From the NCBI GenBank assembly GCA_040954595.2, contig CM082586.2:8401337-8465336 (forward strand): 64,000 nt of DNA, written 5' to 3'. Position numbers and translations under genes: made by a program. This document shows, in pieces, positions 41,201 through 50,800 of the stretch. How positions within the stretch are numbered: the stretch's first letter is position 1; every line of letters starts with the position of its first letter. Below the pieces are notes generated by a model. That model saw only the letters and a list, made by a program, of their open reading frames with translations, ran no database searches and had not been told where the DNA came from. The stretch comes from Balanoglossus misakiensis. Its lineage: Eukaryota; Animalia; Hemichordata.

Positions 41201-41207
41201 TTCCTAA
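14120..41207 (+). CDS. Cys-loop ligand-gated chloride channel subunit (GlyR/GABA-A/GluCl superfamily), 9 coding exons, 445 aa
   Basis: Exons 14120-14229, 22880-22974, 24767-24834, 34538-34758, 35449-35531, 36516-36653, 37401-37633, 39356-39511, 40974-41207 all have GT-AG boundaries and join in phase (1338 nt). Signal peptide, WRPDIYF loop A, Cys-loop [16 protein letters not shown]1-M2 [20 protein letters not shown]3 [17 protein letters not shown]4 [10 protein letters not shown]. Confidence 0.92.
15282..15936. mobile_element. IR-module plus terminal hairpin element
   Basis: IR TTTTATTACACC/GGTGTAATAAAA (15282, 15738), then hairpin 15751-15936 with tip CCC-TC-GCC-AGC-GGC-TC-GGG. Confidence 0.75.
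17110..17248. mobile_element. 5' half of family C MITE
   Basis: GGCCAAAATAAAA..GTTCCGATTACCCGACC, truncated. Confidence 0.7.
19250..19700 (+). pseudogene. Possible decayed L1/Tx1 AP-endonuclease
   Basis: VAFL.., D...R, VYAPTN spacing resembles an APE domain. Confidence 0.35.
22439..22694. mobile_element. Harbinger-like MITE family C
   Basis: Same internal sequence, TTA TSD. Confidence 0.82.
22880..22974 (+). CDS. Channel exon 2 (N-terminal helix)
   Basis: ttgcag|..[31 protein letters not shown]..|gtgaga. Confidence 0.88.
22995..23590. mobile_element. TTAA-flanked Kolobok-like MITE containing an L2 insertion
   Basis: TIR AGGGACAAAGT/ACTTTGTCCCT, TTAA TSD; related fragment at about 37740-37855. 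Confidence 0.8.
23138..23381 (+). mobile_element. 5'-truncated L2/CR1-group LINE 3' end
   Basis: [29 protein letters not shown], (TTGA)n tail, AGACAC TSD. Confidence 0.85.
24767..24834 (+). CDS. Channel exon 3
   Basis: ttacag|[22 protein letters not shown]|gtaagt, 68 nt. Confidence 0.92.
24983..25204. mobile_element. MITE family B
   Basis: Homologous to 2880-3121. Confidence 0.75.
25930..27100 (-). mobile_element. Decayed L1/Tx1 ORF2 3' part
   Basis: [27 protein letters not shown] zf-RVT motif on - strand. Confidence 0.72.
27930..28760 (-). mobile_element. Second decayed L1/Tx1 ORF2 3' part
   Basis: [34 protein letters not shown]. Confidence 0.75.
30672..31060. repeat. Tandem ~130-140 bp repeat, about 3 copies, downstream of the TRIM stop
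   Basis: GTACTGTTATTC.AATAGGTAGCAAAT..GCAGGATAATACAGTTT repeated. Confidence 0.75.
31580..33811 (-). CDS. TRIM-NHL E3 ubiquitin ligase with intronless CDS (RING-Bbox1-Bbox2-coiled coil-filamin-6xNHL; TRIM2/3/56/71-like), 743 aa
   Basis: ATG at 33811 (MAAKEFNFL); C3HC4 [21 protein letters not shown], two B-boxes, filamin motif NNGDGTW..G.HEV..KGSP, NHL repeats ([32 protein letters not shown]); AATAAA on - strand at 31529-31534. Confidence 0.95.
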   Translation of the reverse strand: MAAKEFNFLAEIDANFLSCTICSERYKNAKQLPCLHNFCEPCLWKLAEQSSVIACPICRRSYQLPDNGVAGIGDNAFINELVELFGKREEGTNRSRKCESCDQNEITKHCIECDVDMCSVCAVPHSRLKVTKSHRLMTLQEFESAKSADLASVQPPIYCSAHPNNEVEFYCDTCGKAICHKCTAIDHPRPEHKYKYLKDAATEYCKDLTEVIDKVKVKEDEVSQSKAVVMETAESLDSCYQTEDKRMKEHIQKTIDDVTLMIRENGDKLLGELKDEYDKRKVNLNAQLKELEFAESDMSNAREYAEKLMQFGNAAQLTLMSARKGIATQIEELLRMETKIDPTETDYMEFKPCDDFCRLKTVGVISTSRVTADNCSLVDVPEFARVDEDITVTLATEVKQTKVAHERVHVEAVLKKPDDSQEDMETTNNGDGTWSLKTRVKTTGNHEVSLSVSKKPAKGSPLIINVIPQKGLICKFGKSGSGVGQLSFPWGVMVTRDGNVRVCDSDYNRLQTFTQHGQHRCTTTFCNISNKVSPMFSAASEDGSIFTSDDSDEQVIVHDENGRVMRCFGKGVIKSPRGIAIHPVNGRVYVIDCWGHCVHIYNKNGDHYKSFGTQGQSQGQMHLPVGVSIDAAGKVFVSDHDNHRIQVFDAEGGYLYSFGSYGSGDNQMRYPYGISHDSDGNVYVCDYWNHRVMKYESGGQFIGRIDSDDDRVEYPQGICVTDDKPFGNVIVSSGYGHVKVFAQ
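34330..34504. repeat. Compound microsatellite (CTGT/CT/CATC/CATA/CA)
   Basis: Seen directly. Confidence 0.95.
34538..34758 (+). CDS. Channel exon 4 (loops D, A, E)
   Basis: ttccag|[30 protein letters not shown]|gtattg. Confidence 0.95.
35449..35531 (+). CDS. Channel exon 5 (Cys-loop)
   Basis: ttttag|[27 protein letters not shown]|gtaagt. Confidence 0.95.
35537..35820. repeat. Pentamer microsatellite (TACAA)n-(TACGA)n-(TGCAA)n-(TACAA)n
   Basis: Seen directly; begins at the exon 5 donor. Confidence 0.97.
36516..36653 (+). CDS. Channel exon 6 (loops B, F, start of C)
   Basis: ttttag|[26 protein letters not shown]|gtaagt. Confidence 0.93.
37401..37633 (+). CDS. Channel exon 7 (M1, M2)
   Basis: ccacag|[51 protein letters not shown]|gtgagt. 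Confidence 0.96.
38457..38814. mobile_element. Family A MITE with a second copy (38481-38643) nested inside
   Basis: Outer left TIR at 38457, inner copy flanked by TTAA, outer remainder ends GTGACTGTATACCG. Confidence 0.82.
39356..39511 (+). CDS. Channel exon 8 (M3)
   Basis: ctacag|[25 protein letters not shown]..|gtaagt. Confidence 0.95.
40974..41207 (+). CDS. Channel exon 9 (M4, stop)
   Basis: ttacag|[36 protein letters not shown]. Confidence 0.94.
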   Translation, partial: ELTAFGHKTEVVNDGKYVCIQKQGDVEASEPFVRSMSPNIRSFTEMAKTIDRCSRVVFPVMFIIFNICYWGTYSKAS

Positions 41208-42749
41208 TCACGCCTGGCTGTACTGATTATATTCCCGTATGTTATATATATCAACAACCAGTCGCTCTTGTATAGAGAGTCAACAGAGTTTCTTGTCATA
41301 ACGTTTTAGTCACTATCCTATTTCATATATAGATCATTGTCTCATATATAGAGATTAATTGTGAGAGTACGACTAACCACGTTTATTATGCCACAGCCTT
41401 TGAAGCAAGTGTGTGGACAAAACTCTATACAGATGAAAACATCTTTCAACAAGAGCCTTTGGGGGTTGACCAGTCCGGCCCGTAAATTGATTAATCCATT
41501 GACTCACATCCTCCATGTAAACACTATATACCAAACAAACTACATATTCCTATTACTTTGCACCGGCAGGCAGGTAAGGTATATAGCAATAAATAGACCA
41601 TCTACCAAATAGCCACAGAAAGATATCTACATAGACTAAATAAAACATGTAATATGTGTGTGTTTATTCGGAAACTGTAGGCCTCCTAGAAGTCACATAT
41701 GTTATTATACATAGAAAAGTACAGATTGAGGGACACTCAACTAGAAACAAAGTTTCCAGAAAATTAAATACAATCAGTATTACATGGTTGAAGGTTCATC
41801 AAGAGTCTCAGAACGCATCTTCATGGCATAGTAGGTAGATACATTTTGAAAAGTTGCGTAAAACAGTTGTATTTTGAGACTGTAAAAGCTGGATAAATTT
41901 TTGAAGTAAAAATACCTTGGAATATACATGTATTTTGATCTTAACTCTTGATATAGAGGACACATTATACAGAAGTGGAATTCGTCTTCAATGCTTGTAG
42001 AATTACAATATACACAAGTTATTTCTGAGCGCTCATTTACATATAATCTTCTATCTGATTCGAGGGCGCTCTTCTAGCTGAACAGTGAGTACCGTCGTCT
42101 TTTCGATGTGCAGTAAATGTCATATTTTTTTCAAATTGCCTTAAGCTGCGTTCAGAAAATGTTTTTGATCACTATTGCAATGTATTCGATTTTTAAGGCG
42201 TGGTGCTTACAAAAATCATGTATTTACAATATGTTTCTACATGATTTAAAAACTACAGTAATTTGTGAATCTTTTATAGATTCTACAATAGCTATGGAGA
42301 AATGGAAGACTTCATACGATGAAATAAAATAAAAATAAAAATAAAATAAAAAACTTTCAAATTAAAAAATAAGGGGTCGAAGGGTGTTTCAAAATGGTGG
42401 ATGGAAGGGAGGGACTCGAAAATAATTAATTAATAAAAGTTAATTGCTTCACTCATCCAATGGTGCTCACAGTTAAGCAAATATGGAATTATTCAAATAT
42501 TCTATAACTTACAATATTATATAAGTGTTTATAAATTTTTTGAAAAACTTGAAACTAAACAGTTGCCACGTTTCTTTGATCACATTGATGTTATATATGA
42601 ACATGAATATAGTATATATTGTCATTAATTAACCTATCTCAGTTTCTACTGAAAGACATTGACAGGCGTAATATAACAATATGTTTGTTTTAAGATTTCA
42701 AATGGTATTTGACACATTCACAATACTATGTATTATGTTGTATACATTA

Positions 42750-43028
42750 GGCCAAATAAATATGTGCTGTTCCGATTACCCAACCTACCCTAATTTTAAC
42801 CCGCCGATCCTAAACTTTTTAGAGCTTCGTAAACGGGAAGTAAAAATAACGATGTCAAATATACAAAATTTATGAAAATTGCGAGAATCACGCAAGAACT
42901 ATGACGTCATTCTTCTACACTACGACGGCCAAAAATATCACAAATTCAAAATAAAAAATCCCTACCTACCTACCTACCCTATTTTTGAAAACCAGGTAAT
43001 CGGAACAGCACGTATTTTTTATTTGGCC
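42750..43028. mobile_element. Harbinger-like MITE family C
   Basis: Same TIRs, TTA TSD. Confidence 0.85.
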
Positions 43029-43815
43029 TTATAGTACTGTGGTATCAGCCGGGGGTATCAGAGGCTTACCTCTGCACTGAATACAGAAACACATTTTGTA
43101 TTTGGTCTGTTTGTTAGCATCGATGTTGCACAGTCTCGTAAAAAACTCATATCATGGTGATCCCCACGGGGCCAACTTTGTTTCTGTTTTACATGAATGA
43201 CTTCCCTGTTCTTCTGGCATTTCCGATTTCAGACTCAAATTTATTCCGCAGAGTACAAAATAGTTTAGTCGTGAATCACCATCTGGTGTGATTCTAAGAA
43301 GCTGACTATAAACGCTAACGAAACTAATTATGCAATTTTAAAAGAGCAATTATATAATAACACGATTGGAACTTTTTGGGGATAACTGAATACCCGTAAA
43401 ATGCATACAAAACGATAAGTATTCGTTGTTCTTGGGGTGGTATTTCTCTCATTGTTTGACCAAAACCAATTGAAAACAAAATGATAAATATGTCGAGTGT
43501 GTATATAGGCTTCATGGACTGTGCTGAGAGGTTTACAGAGTTTATTACCATGCAATTATGCCAAAATAGTTCCAATAGTGTTAAAATGTGTTTACGTAAT
43601 GGGTTACTCCGAGAGACGCTGGCAATACGTGACAAAGCGGCCTGTGCGTCTTCTGTTGGTCTGACTATGGACAGTAACCTATGATCCAAAACATCACATT
43701 GTCGAAGTTCGAATGAAAATAAGTAAGTTAACAAGTATGTCTTTCAAGTTCCGTCATGTAGTACAGTGTTTCACATTTCTTTTGTTATGCAGTTATTTTG
43801 TTCTACCCCACATAA

Positions 43816-44145
43816 GGCCAAACAAATATGTGCTGTTCTGATTACCCGACCTACCCTATCTTTAACCCGCCGACCCTGAACTTTTTAGAGATTCGTCAAC
43901 CCGGAAGTACAAATTATTATGTCAAATATACCAAATTTATGAAAATTGTGCGAAATATGACGAAATCACGCGCATCACGCAAGAACTATGACGTCATTCT
44001 TATACGCTACGGCGAGAAATAAAAATAAAAAAAAATAAAAAAAACTTTGCAAAATAAAACATTTCCCTACCTACCTACCCTATTTTTGAAAACCATATAA
44101 TCGGAACAGCACATATATATATATATTTTTTTTTTGGGGGGGGGC
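43816..44145. mobile_element. Harbinger-like MITE family C
   Basis: Same family, TAA TSD. Confidence 0.8.
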
Positions 44146-45449
44146 TAATATATGGCTTGGAGGTCTTGAATACTTATGATCCTTTTCTAATTCAGAAAAA
44201 CATGTTTATTTGTATAATGTGTTTTAGTAGTTATAGAGCAAATACGTCCCCACCTTTCAGGTAACTTGGTATTTGAGATGTTTCGTATAAGCAACATACG
44301 TACAACTTTACTACAGTATTTGTAAATGCTATAACACACAAGTATAGTAGAAGGCAAACGGTTCGAAACGATTTAGATATAACATAAATTACAGTATAGG
44401 TTTGACAAAGTGCAATTTTTTGTGATATTAAACGTGTAAAATTTTGCTTGGAAAAAAGTTCAACTTTGTAATTATGTGGATAATTGATTGACTATATAAA
44501 AAATAAAGATGTATGTCTCTCTCTTTTTTTCAGTGTTTTTTCATGAATTTTGTTAGATATAAACAGCTGTCCTTTTTGATTGACTGCTTGATACATGCTG
44601 AAATTGTGGTGAACTGTACCCAATCTCTATATGCTTCTAGACAAACAAGATTTAACATTCAAAGAAACAACTTATGGTCTGTACCGTTTATTCACTATTG
44701 AGTCAAATTTTGTCCATGGAATTGACTACATAGCCAGTGTTGAATAATGTTTAGACATGTGGGCCACTGTAAATGAGATATCAAGTTTCTCATAGTGTGA
44801 ATGCCAGATCGTGAAAGTAATATCTCTTTCACACATCTTTTTGGCACTATATTTCCGAATATCTCCGCATTCTTTACTATCAATCACGTGATCTGTCCAT
44901 GTGACCCACGGCGTTGTCATTTCCAGATGACGGGCAAGAAATATTTCGGCATCCAGTAAAAGTTTTTCCTAGTATGCTTTAACTTGAGAACCGCCAGACA
45001 CGCAACATGTATCAGGTATGGTGCTTCATCAGCCTCATGATGGCGTTTCGTCTGCACAGTCTTTGTCTGCACCACGTTGCTGAAGTTGCCCGTCACATGG
45101 AAATTTGAATGCCAACGTAAATGCGTCTGAACGCGTCTGTCGTCATTTGATATCGAAGAATTCTCTATGGAGACAGTATACTTTATTGTGCGATTTTCAT
45201 GAAAACAAGACGGTGAAAAGCCAGTTTTCTTCTTGATTTTTGAAAAAAGACTTTGTACATAGCAAATAATTGGTTTGGGGAACTATCCTGAATCTGCTGT
45301 GATTTCCATATATGAAAAGCCCGATAATATTTATTGTAAGAGAAACTTCACCGAGTTTGAGTGTATACAATAGACAATGAACTGTATGGTATACGGCCAG
45401 GGTTCGCGCGTATGTAGGTCATCGCTTAACGTTTTGAGCAGCAGAAATT

Positions 45450-45830
45450 ATAACACACCATGCAGCAAACCCTCGATCATGATTCGTCAATACGCCGTCA
45501 CGTGACCTTAGTCATTTTAAATTATAACACACCATGCAGCGAACCCTCGATCGTGATTCGTCAATACGACGTCACGTGACCTTAGTCATTTCGAACTGTT
45601 GCCTAGGGCATCAGTTCGATCGGTTTGGTGTGTTATAAAACACATGATGACTGACATATTCGGGCAACAGTGCATTTTTGATGACCTCGGGACTGCCAGT
45701 CACACCAAAACAGTCTGTTTTCCCTCGGGCTATGCCCTCGGGAAAACAAGACTGTTTTAGTTGTGACTAGCAGCGCCCTCGGTCATCAAAATACACTGTT
45801 GCCCTCATTGTCAGTCATCATGTGTATATT
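45450..45830. mobile_element. IR-module plus terminal hairpin element with defined ends
   Basis: IR TTATAACACACC/GGTGTGTTATAA, hairpin 45640-45825; absent from the homologous site at 59942-59945. Confidence 0.85.
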
Positions 45831-46785
45831 GTTCACTGCAGTTCACCGTGGGCTACTTTCAAGGCAATAAATGTATTGTGCTTATTATTTTGGTAGTTCT
45901 TCGTACACAATGACAACTCTTTGCTTGCGTGCTCAGACACGCATCCCAATTATTTTCTTACAGACGTTGGCATTTAGTCTTGTCTAGGACTAAAGTACAG
46001 GACCATAGAAATACACCAGACCCGGACAATACCTGGCTACGTGCAGAATTCCTGATTCCAGAATAACCAAGGCCAAGGTTGGGGTTGCAAAGCGGTTGCA
46101 AAATGTTTCAGAGCCTCGAAAACACCAAAATTAGTTAAGTCTGGATTTTTTTATTTTTGACAGTTTTCATGAGCTATAACCCATGAAAAATGTTTAAAAA
46201 CCTAGAAAACACCAAAATTCGCAAAGTCTGAAATTTTTCATTTTTGACAGTTTGAAACGTCTGAAAGTAAAATATATCATTCCAACGTATACTTGTTGTA
46301 CGAGATTCTAAACGATACATTTTGATAATTAACAAACCATTTCGAAAACTGGACTATTTATTTAATACTTAATTGTGCCTCAGTGTGGTGTGTTATTCCG
46401 GGTACCTGAATGGAATGACCAATAGTGGAAGGGTTGACCATTTAGCCTCCTTAATATGATAAAGCGCTAAAACATATGATAAAAACAATGGAGAGATCTT
46501 GACTGTCTCGCCTTAGACTTGTAATCCAATTTTCAATTAAGTTCAATTCAGTAACTTTTATTCATCCCGAAAACTGGGCAATGAAAACACGTATCAATAC
46601 ACACAGTAAAAATGCAAAGAGTCAATAAACAATTCACACATGTACAATGGCAAGCATACACATGAAAAAATCAATTCCTATCATATATTTATTTTTGTCG
46701 TCTAAGAGTAAATAAATGCGCATCTTCATTTATGGTCGAACACTATTTCTGGTTTGGTCAACTACGAACATTCACAGACTGATCG

Positions 46786-46965
46786 TAGTCTCGGTTCTCC
46801 CAGACTGCACTTGTGGGCGGTTACCCAGATTCCTCTCTGCTTCTTCCGTTGCCCTCCAGAAAGAGGGTAGAATCCGGCCGAGGAGTCTGGGCAACTGAGA
46901 CTAAGAGACTCTCTGTGGGCGGCCGGAAGAGAGCTTACAAGTGCAGTCTGGGAGAACCGAGACCA
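46786..46965. mobile_element. TIR MITE with TAG start (Academ-like?)
   Basis: 27-bp perfect IR GTCTCGGTTCTCCCAGACTGCACTTGT. Confidence 0.7.
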
Positions 46966-47008
46966 TCACAGATCGAAGTCTTTTTTTACGAGTGCTCTGC
47001 ACGTTTAA

Positions 47009-47512
47009 AGGCACGTAAGCTGCAACTGGATAAAAAATTAAAGTTTTAAATAATCTCATATATGCTTTTAATTATGTCTATTAAATGATATTTCATGATA
47101 ATATATCAAGCTCAACATTTATTTATGACAAAATGGCCAAAAATTAAAGAAAAACGAAAATTCCTGCAATTTTAAAAAAAGTGCAATATTGCAATGAAAA
47201 ATGAAAATCTGATGTCTCAGTGGTGTACATTTACTTCCATGAGCTCAAGTGGATGAGATCATGTTTTGTTTATGAAATTTCATAACTGGAAATGCAACAT
47301 TTTCATTGTTTCTTGCATTTTCCCACGGTGGCGGCCATAATCTCTTGCGGCAAAGCTTTATTATTTATCTGGTTAAAACTTGCATATGCACTCATATTTA
47401 GGGTTTATAATGCTTGTGTATAGTTCACTGCCTTCATCTGCATGGACTAATAGTAGAACAGTTTGAAACAAAAATTATGAAAATTATCCCAAAAGTTACA
47501 GCTTACGTGCCT
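47009..47512. mobile_element. TTAA-flanked Kolobok-like MITE (partial copy at about 7890-8070)
   Basis: TIR AGGCACGTAAGCTG/CAGCTTACGTGCCT, TTAA at 47005 and 47513. Confidence 0.85.
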
Positions 47513-47836
47513 TTAAACCTCTTCATCAAGGTCTTCGACGGCGATCCGTGACACACCACTGCGCCTCCTAAAGGCAGGCCTCGCCCCGGCTGTGTTGACG
47601 TCAGCTGCACCGCCACTAGACGTAGTACTGGTCGACGCCACATTCTGCATCGATAAGGCAGAATTAGAAACTTTCGCTTGGTCGCACGCGGAGGCGTTTC
47701 TCTCGCAGCGGCTCCTGCAAGGCGCCATGTCCGAGAAACGCTCATCTTCGTCGTCAGTATTGTAGGGACTGAACGATATTTCATCGGGGTCGTCATCACC
47801 ATCACCGCAGAAATGGGAACGGATTGATTTCAGGAC
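47513..47836 (-). CDS. aGPCR exon 25 (cytoplasmic tail)
   Basis: VLKSIRSHFC..acidic/Ser-rich..EDLDEEV*. Confidence 0.85.
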   Translation of the reverse strand, partial: VLKSIRSHFCGDGDDDPDEISFSPYNTDDEDERFSDMAPCRSRCERNASACDQAKVSNSALSMQNVASTSTTSSGGAADVNTAGARPAFRRRSGVSRIAVEDLDEEV

Positions 47837-50800
47837 CTTAAAAGCACAACAAGGAATAATGAACGGTTTCACAGTTAATCCGATCACCAATATCCATCTT
47901 TCGTGTACATGACTGACCATCTGCATGTACATGTACCTCAGTACACATCCCCTGATCTAGTTTGAATAACACGCTATGACATAAGCTTGTAAACAAACAA
48001 ACAAACAAACAAACAAATACAGAAGGGGAAAAAATCAAGACTTCATTAATTGATAACGTCTGTTCTACATTTATATGATAAGAACGTAGTAAATACATTT
48101 GTAATCGAATTTTAATGTTTAGACTGTAGAATAATGTGAAAGCCGAACATTTAATTATATTGACTCAAATGATGATCCAAAAGAAAAAAAAAAGGTAAGT
48201 ATGATTTGCGTGGTATGTAATGTCTTGATCAGAAATAATTGTAAGAAAAGAATGTATGTTACTTACAACTTTATTGGTGGCTAAAAATCCGAGGTAGCAG
48301 ATTGAACCCTGTCAATGACAAAACAGGAATAAATTAAGATAGTTAAATGACCAGGGTTGGACAACAGTTTTATATGGTATAGGTGTCTTTCTATCTGTTG
48401 CAGGTATGGGTCCCATATGACACAGTTACTAGCAAGCTAAAGTAGGCTCAAAGTGTAACTGCTATGTGCACATAATCGCAAACAAAACAGAGTGGTTGTT
48501 ACTTTGTATTACACACTATCATGCCAAACAATGCGTCGTTACTTTTTATCGCATTTCCTATTTGTTGTGGTATAAAATGTATCGCTTTTCCCTGAATAGT
48601 GAGAACAATGGTTAGAGTGTGTTTGTAAACATAACAAGTCGCACATGTGCAGTAGAGACGACACTTCTCCATTAAAATGCAGTGGCTCTGAACGTGACTT
48701 GGGGTATTCATATGTATCACTATAGACGTTGAAATTATGGGACCTGCGGACCAACATACAATGCTCGCAATACACACTGACTGTTTGAAAAGAGTTAACG
48801 CTGCGACCAGAGTTGAGATTATTCCTTTATTGGGGTAGGTGGGGGTGGGTGGGGGGTTACAGTTATGAAGGTACTTACGAGGACAAAGCTGGCCATGCCA
48901 TAGGCGTATCCAAAGACAATGTTTCCCTTTAGACCCTGGAGGCCTACTGTCCAAGTTGCCGGGAACGTAGGTACGACGAGGCAAATACGAAGGAACTCGT
49001 CCCTGAAATGTAACAGTAAAAATGTTTTTTTTTTTATTGTGCATGCGGACAGGTTGTTCTCAACTACAGAAAAAAAAAACACGTCTGGTCAGGCGCTTTA
49101 TCTGAAATGGGTTTTTCAGTTCATCGTGGTAAAGTAATTCAGTCGTGTGCCCGTGTTACGTCACGCAAAAGTATCACAGAAAAGAAAAGAAAAGAAAAGA
49201 AAAGAAAAGAAAAGAAAAGAAAAGAAAAGAAAAGAAAAGAAAAGAAAAGAAAAGAAAAGAAAAGAAAAGAAAAGAAAAGAAGAAAACTTAACCCACCATA
49301 GAATATACCGCAATCCGGATCCATATGTACATATCAAGTGGTCATACTTGAACCACATATACACAGTCAAAGTGCAACTTATCTGAAAAAGAATGTTTGA
49401 AAAGTATTGTTTGTACACACGACATTAAGCACATGTACAAAAGACGATCTTCGGCATATAAGGCTTTCTCTCATGATTCATTATCTACTAAAGTATTTTT
49501 TCATACCAATGCTAAGCCTGCAGCCGGGGTGACAGTTACCAGGTAAAGGTTCATCGAATTAGACACCCAGCAGCTGAAAGAGAATAACATGGGGTTATCA
49601 ACAACAACGATAAAATCGATGTTGTGTGGTGATAAGTCCGAGTTGGTACATCGGTATCAGATATAATATACTATACTATAAATGTCATAGTCATTTAAAA
49701 AAAAATAAAACTTTTAAATTTACTTTGTGTACATTGGGCGTGCACAGCCTTGTGTCAAAAGTCAAAAGGCCATACGGCAGTATTTTGACTCACTTATGTG
49801 CTGAGCCGTAATCGCTCCGCCATGTCAATACAGAAGGCACGACAGCTGACAGTGGCAGTATCCATCCGCACAAGGCATAACACGTCCTGCAAGATAAAGA
49901 CGGCAACGAACTTTTAGACAAAAGCATACAGCAGAAGGAAGACGAAAACACGGACACAATTTTAGCTTTTTTCGCGGTTCCATTGCATTTTCACGATTTG
50001 GCAACCTGGTACGTGGTCACAGTACAAATATAATTGAAGTGCTCTTTCATCAAAATGTTCGTAATATATGTAATTCAATCATCACAGCAGTAAAGGGAAT
50101 ACATTATCACCTATGCAAATTTAGCAAAAGGTTGCCATTGAAATTGGAGATCTAGCCAATCACAGATTTTCAGTGGCTGAACTGATCACGCTATAAAAAG
50201 GGCTCCACCAAAGAACACTCAGACACGCCAATTTAGCCATTTGCAGGCATATAGCAATTAGGGTCGGCTGAATACCTCTATGGTACACCTGTAATATGCT
50301 TAATTTCTCAGAACACTTGAATTGTCCACAGGTGGTATATACTCGGCAACACTCACTTCGCGTAGAGGTTCTTGTGCACCCCAAACCGCAGCTTCAAAAA
50401 GTGCTGCAGGCAAAAGTTGAAAATCCAAGCGCTGCAGCTGGTCAACACGTAGTGGTGGATTATGGCCACAATCCGGCACATCATCTGTAAAATGGCGGAA
50501 ACTCGTGAAGGGTATAACGATACTATTGAACTTGACCAGTACCGTGAAAAATCGACTGCACATCAATTGCTTTATCATACAAAACATTGGCTCATCTTTG
50601 TGCTTCGCTTTGGAATCGCTTTGAGGAGGACCTCTGTCTCTAACATGCAGTGTTCTGCATGCTGAGGTATTCGCGGAGCTTGTCGTTGATGGCAGCCTTC
50701 CTTAGAACATCAGGCGACGAAAACTCTGCCGTTAAAGTTATTAAAATAAGCACTCCTATGGCATAAAAGGGGTATTATGCCCACATGCCACGCTGTGGGA

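Noticed and set aside
43590-43730. Exon-like segment ending in GTAAGT
   Set aside because: All + frames contain stops and no partner exon or recognisable motif was found
48499-48780. ORF and acceptor at 48780 as an alternative TM7 exon
   Set aside because: The 42-nt exon at 48267-48308 gives the expected TM7/helix-8 motif and strong splice sites
50590-50725. GC-richer exon-like stretch in aGPCR intron 18
   Set aside because: Stops in the required phase; exons 18 and 19 join without it
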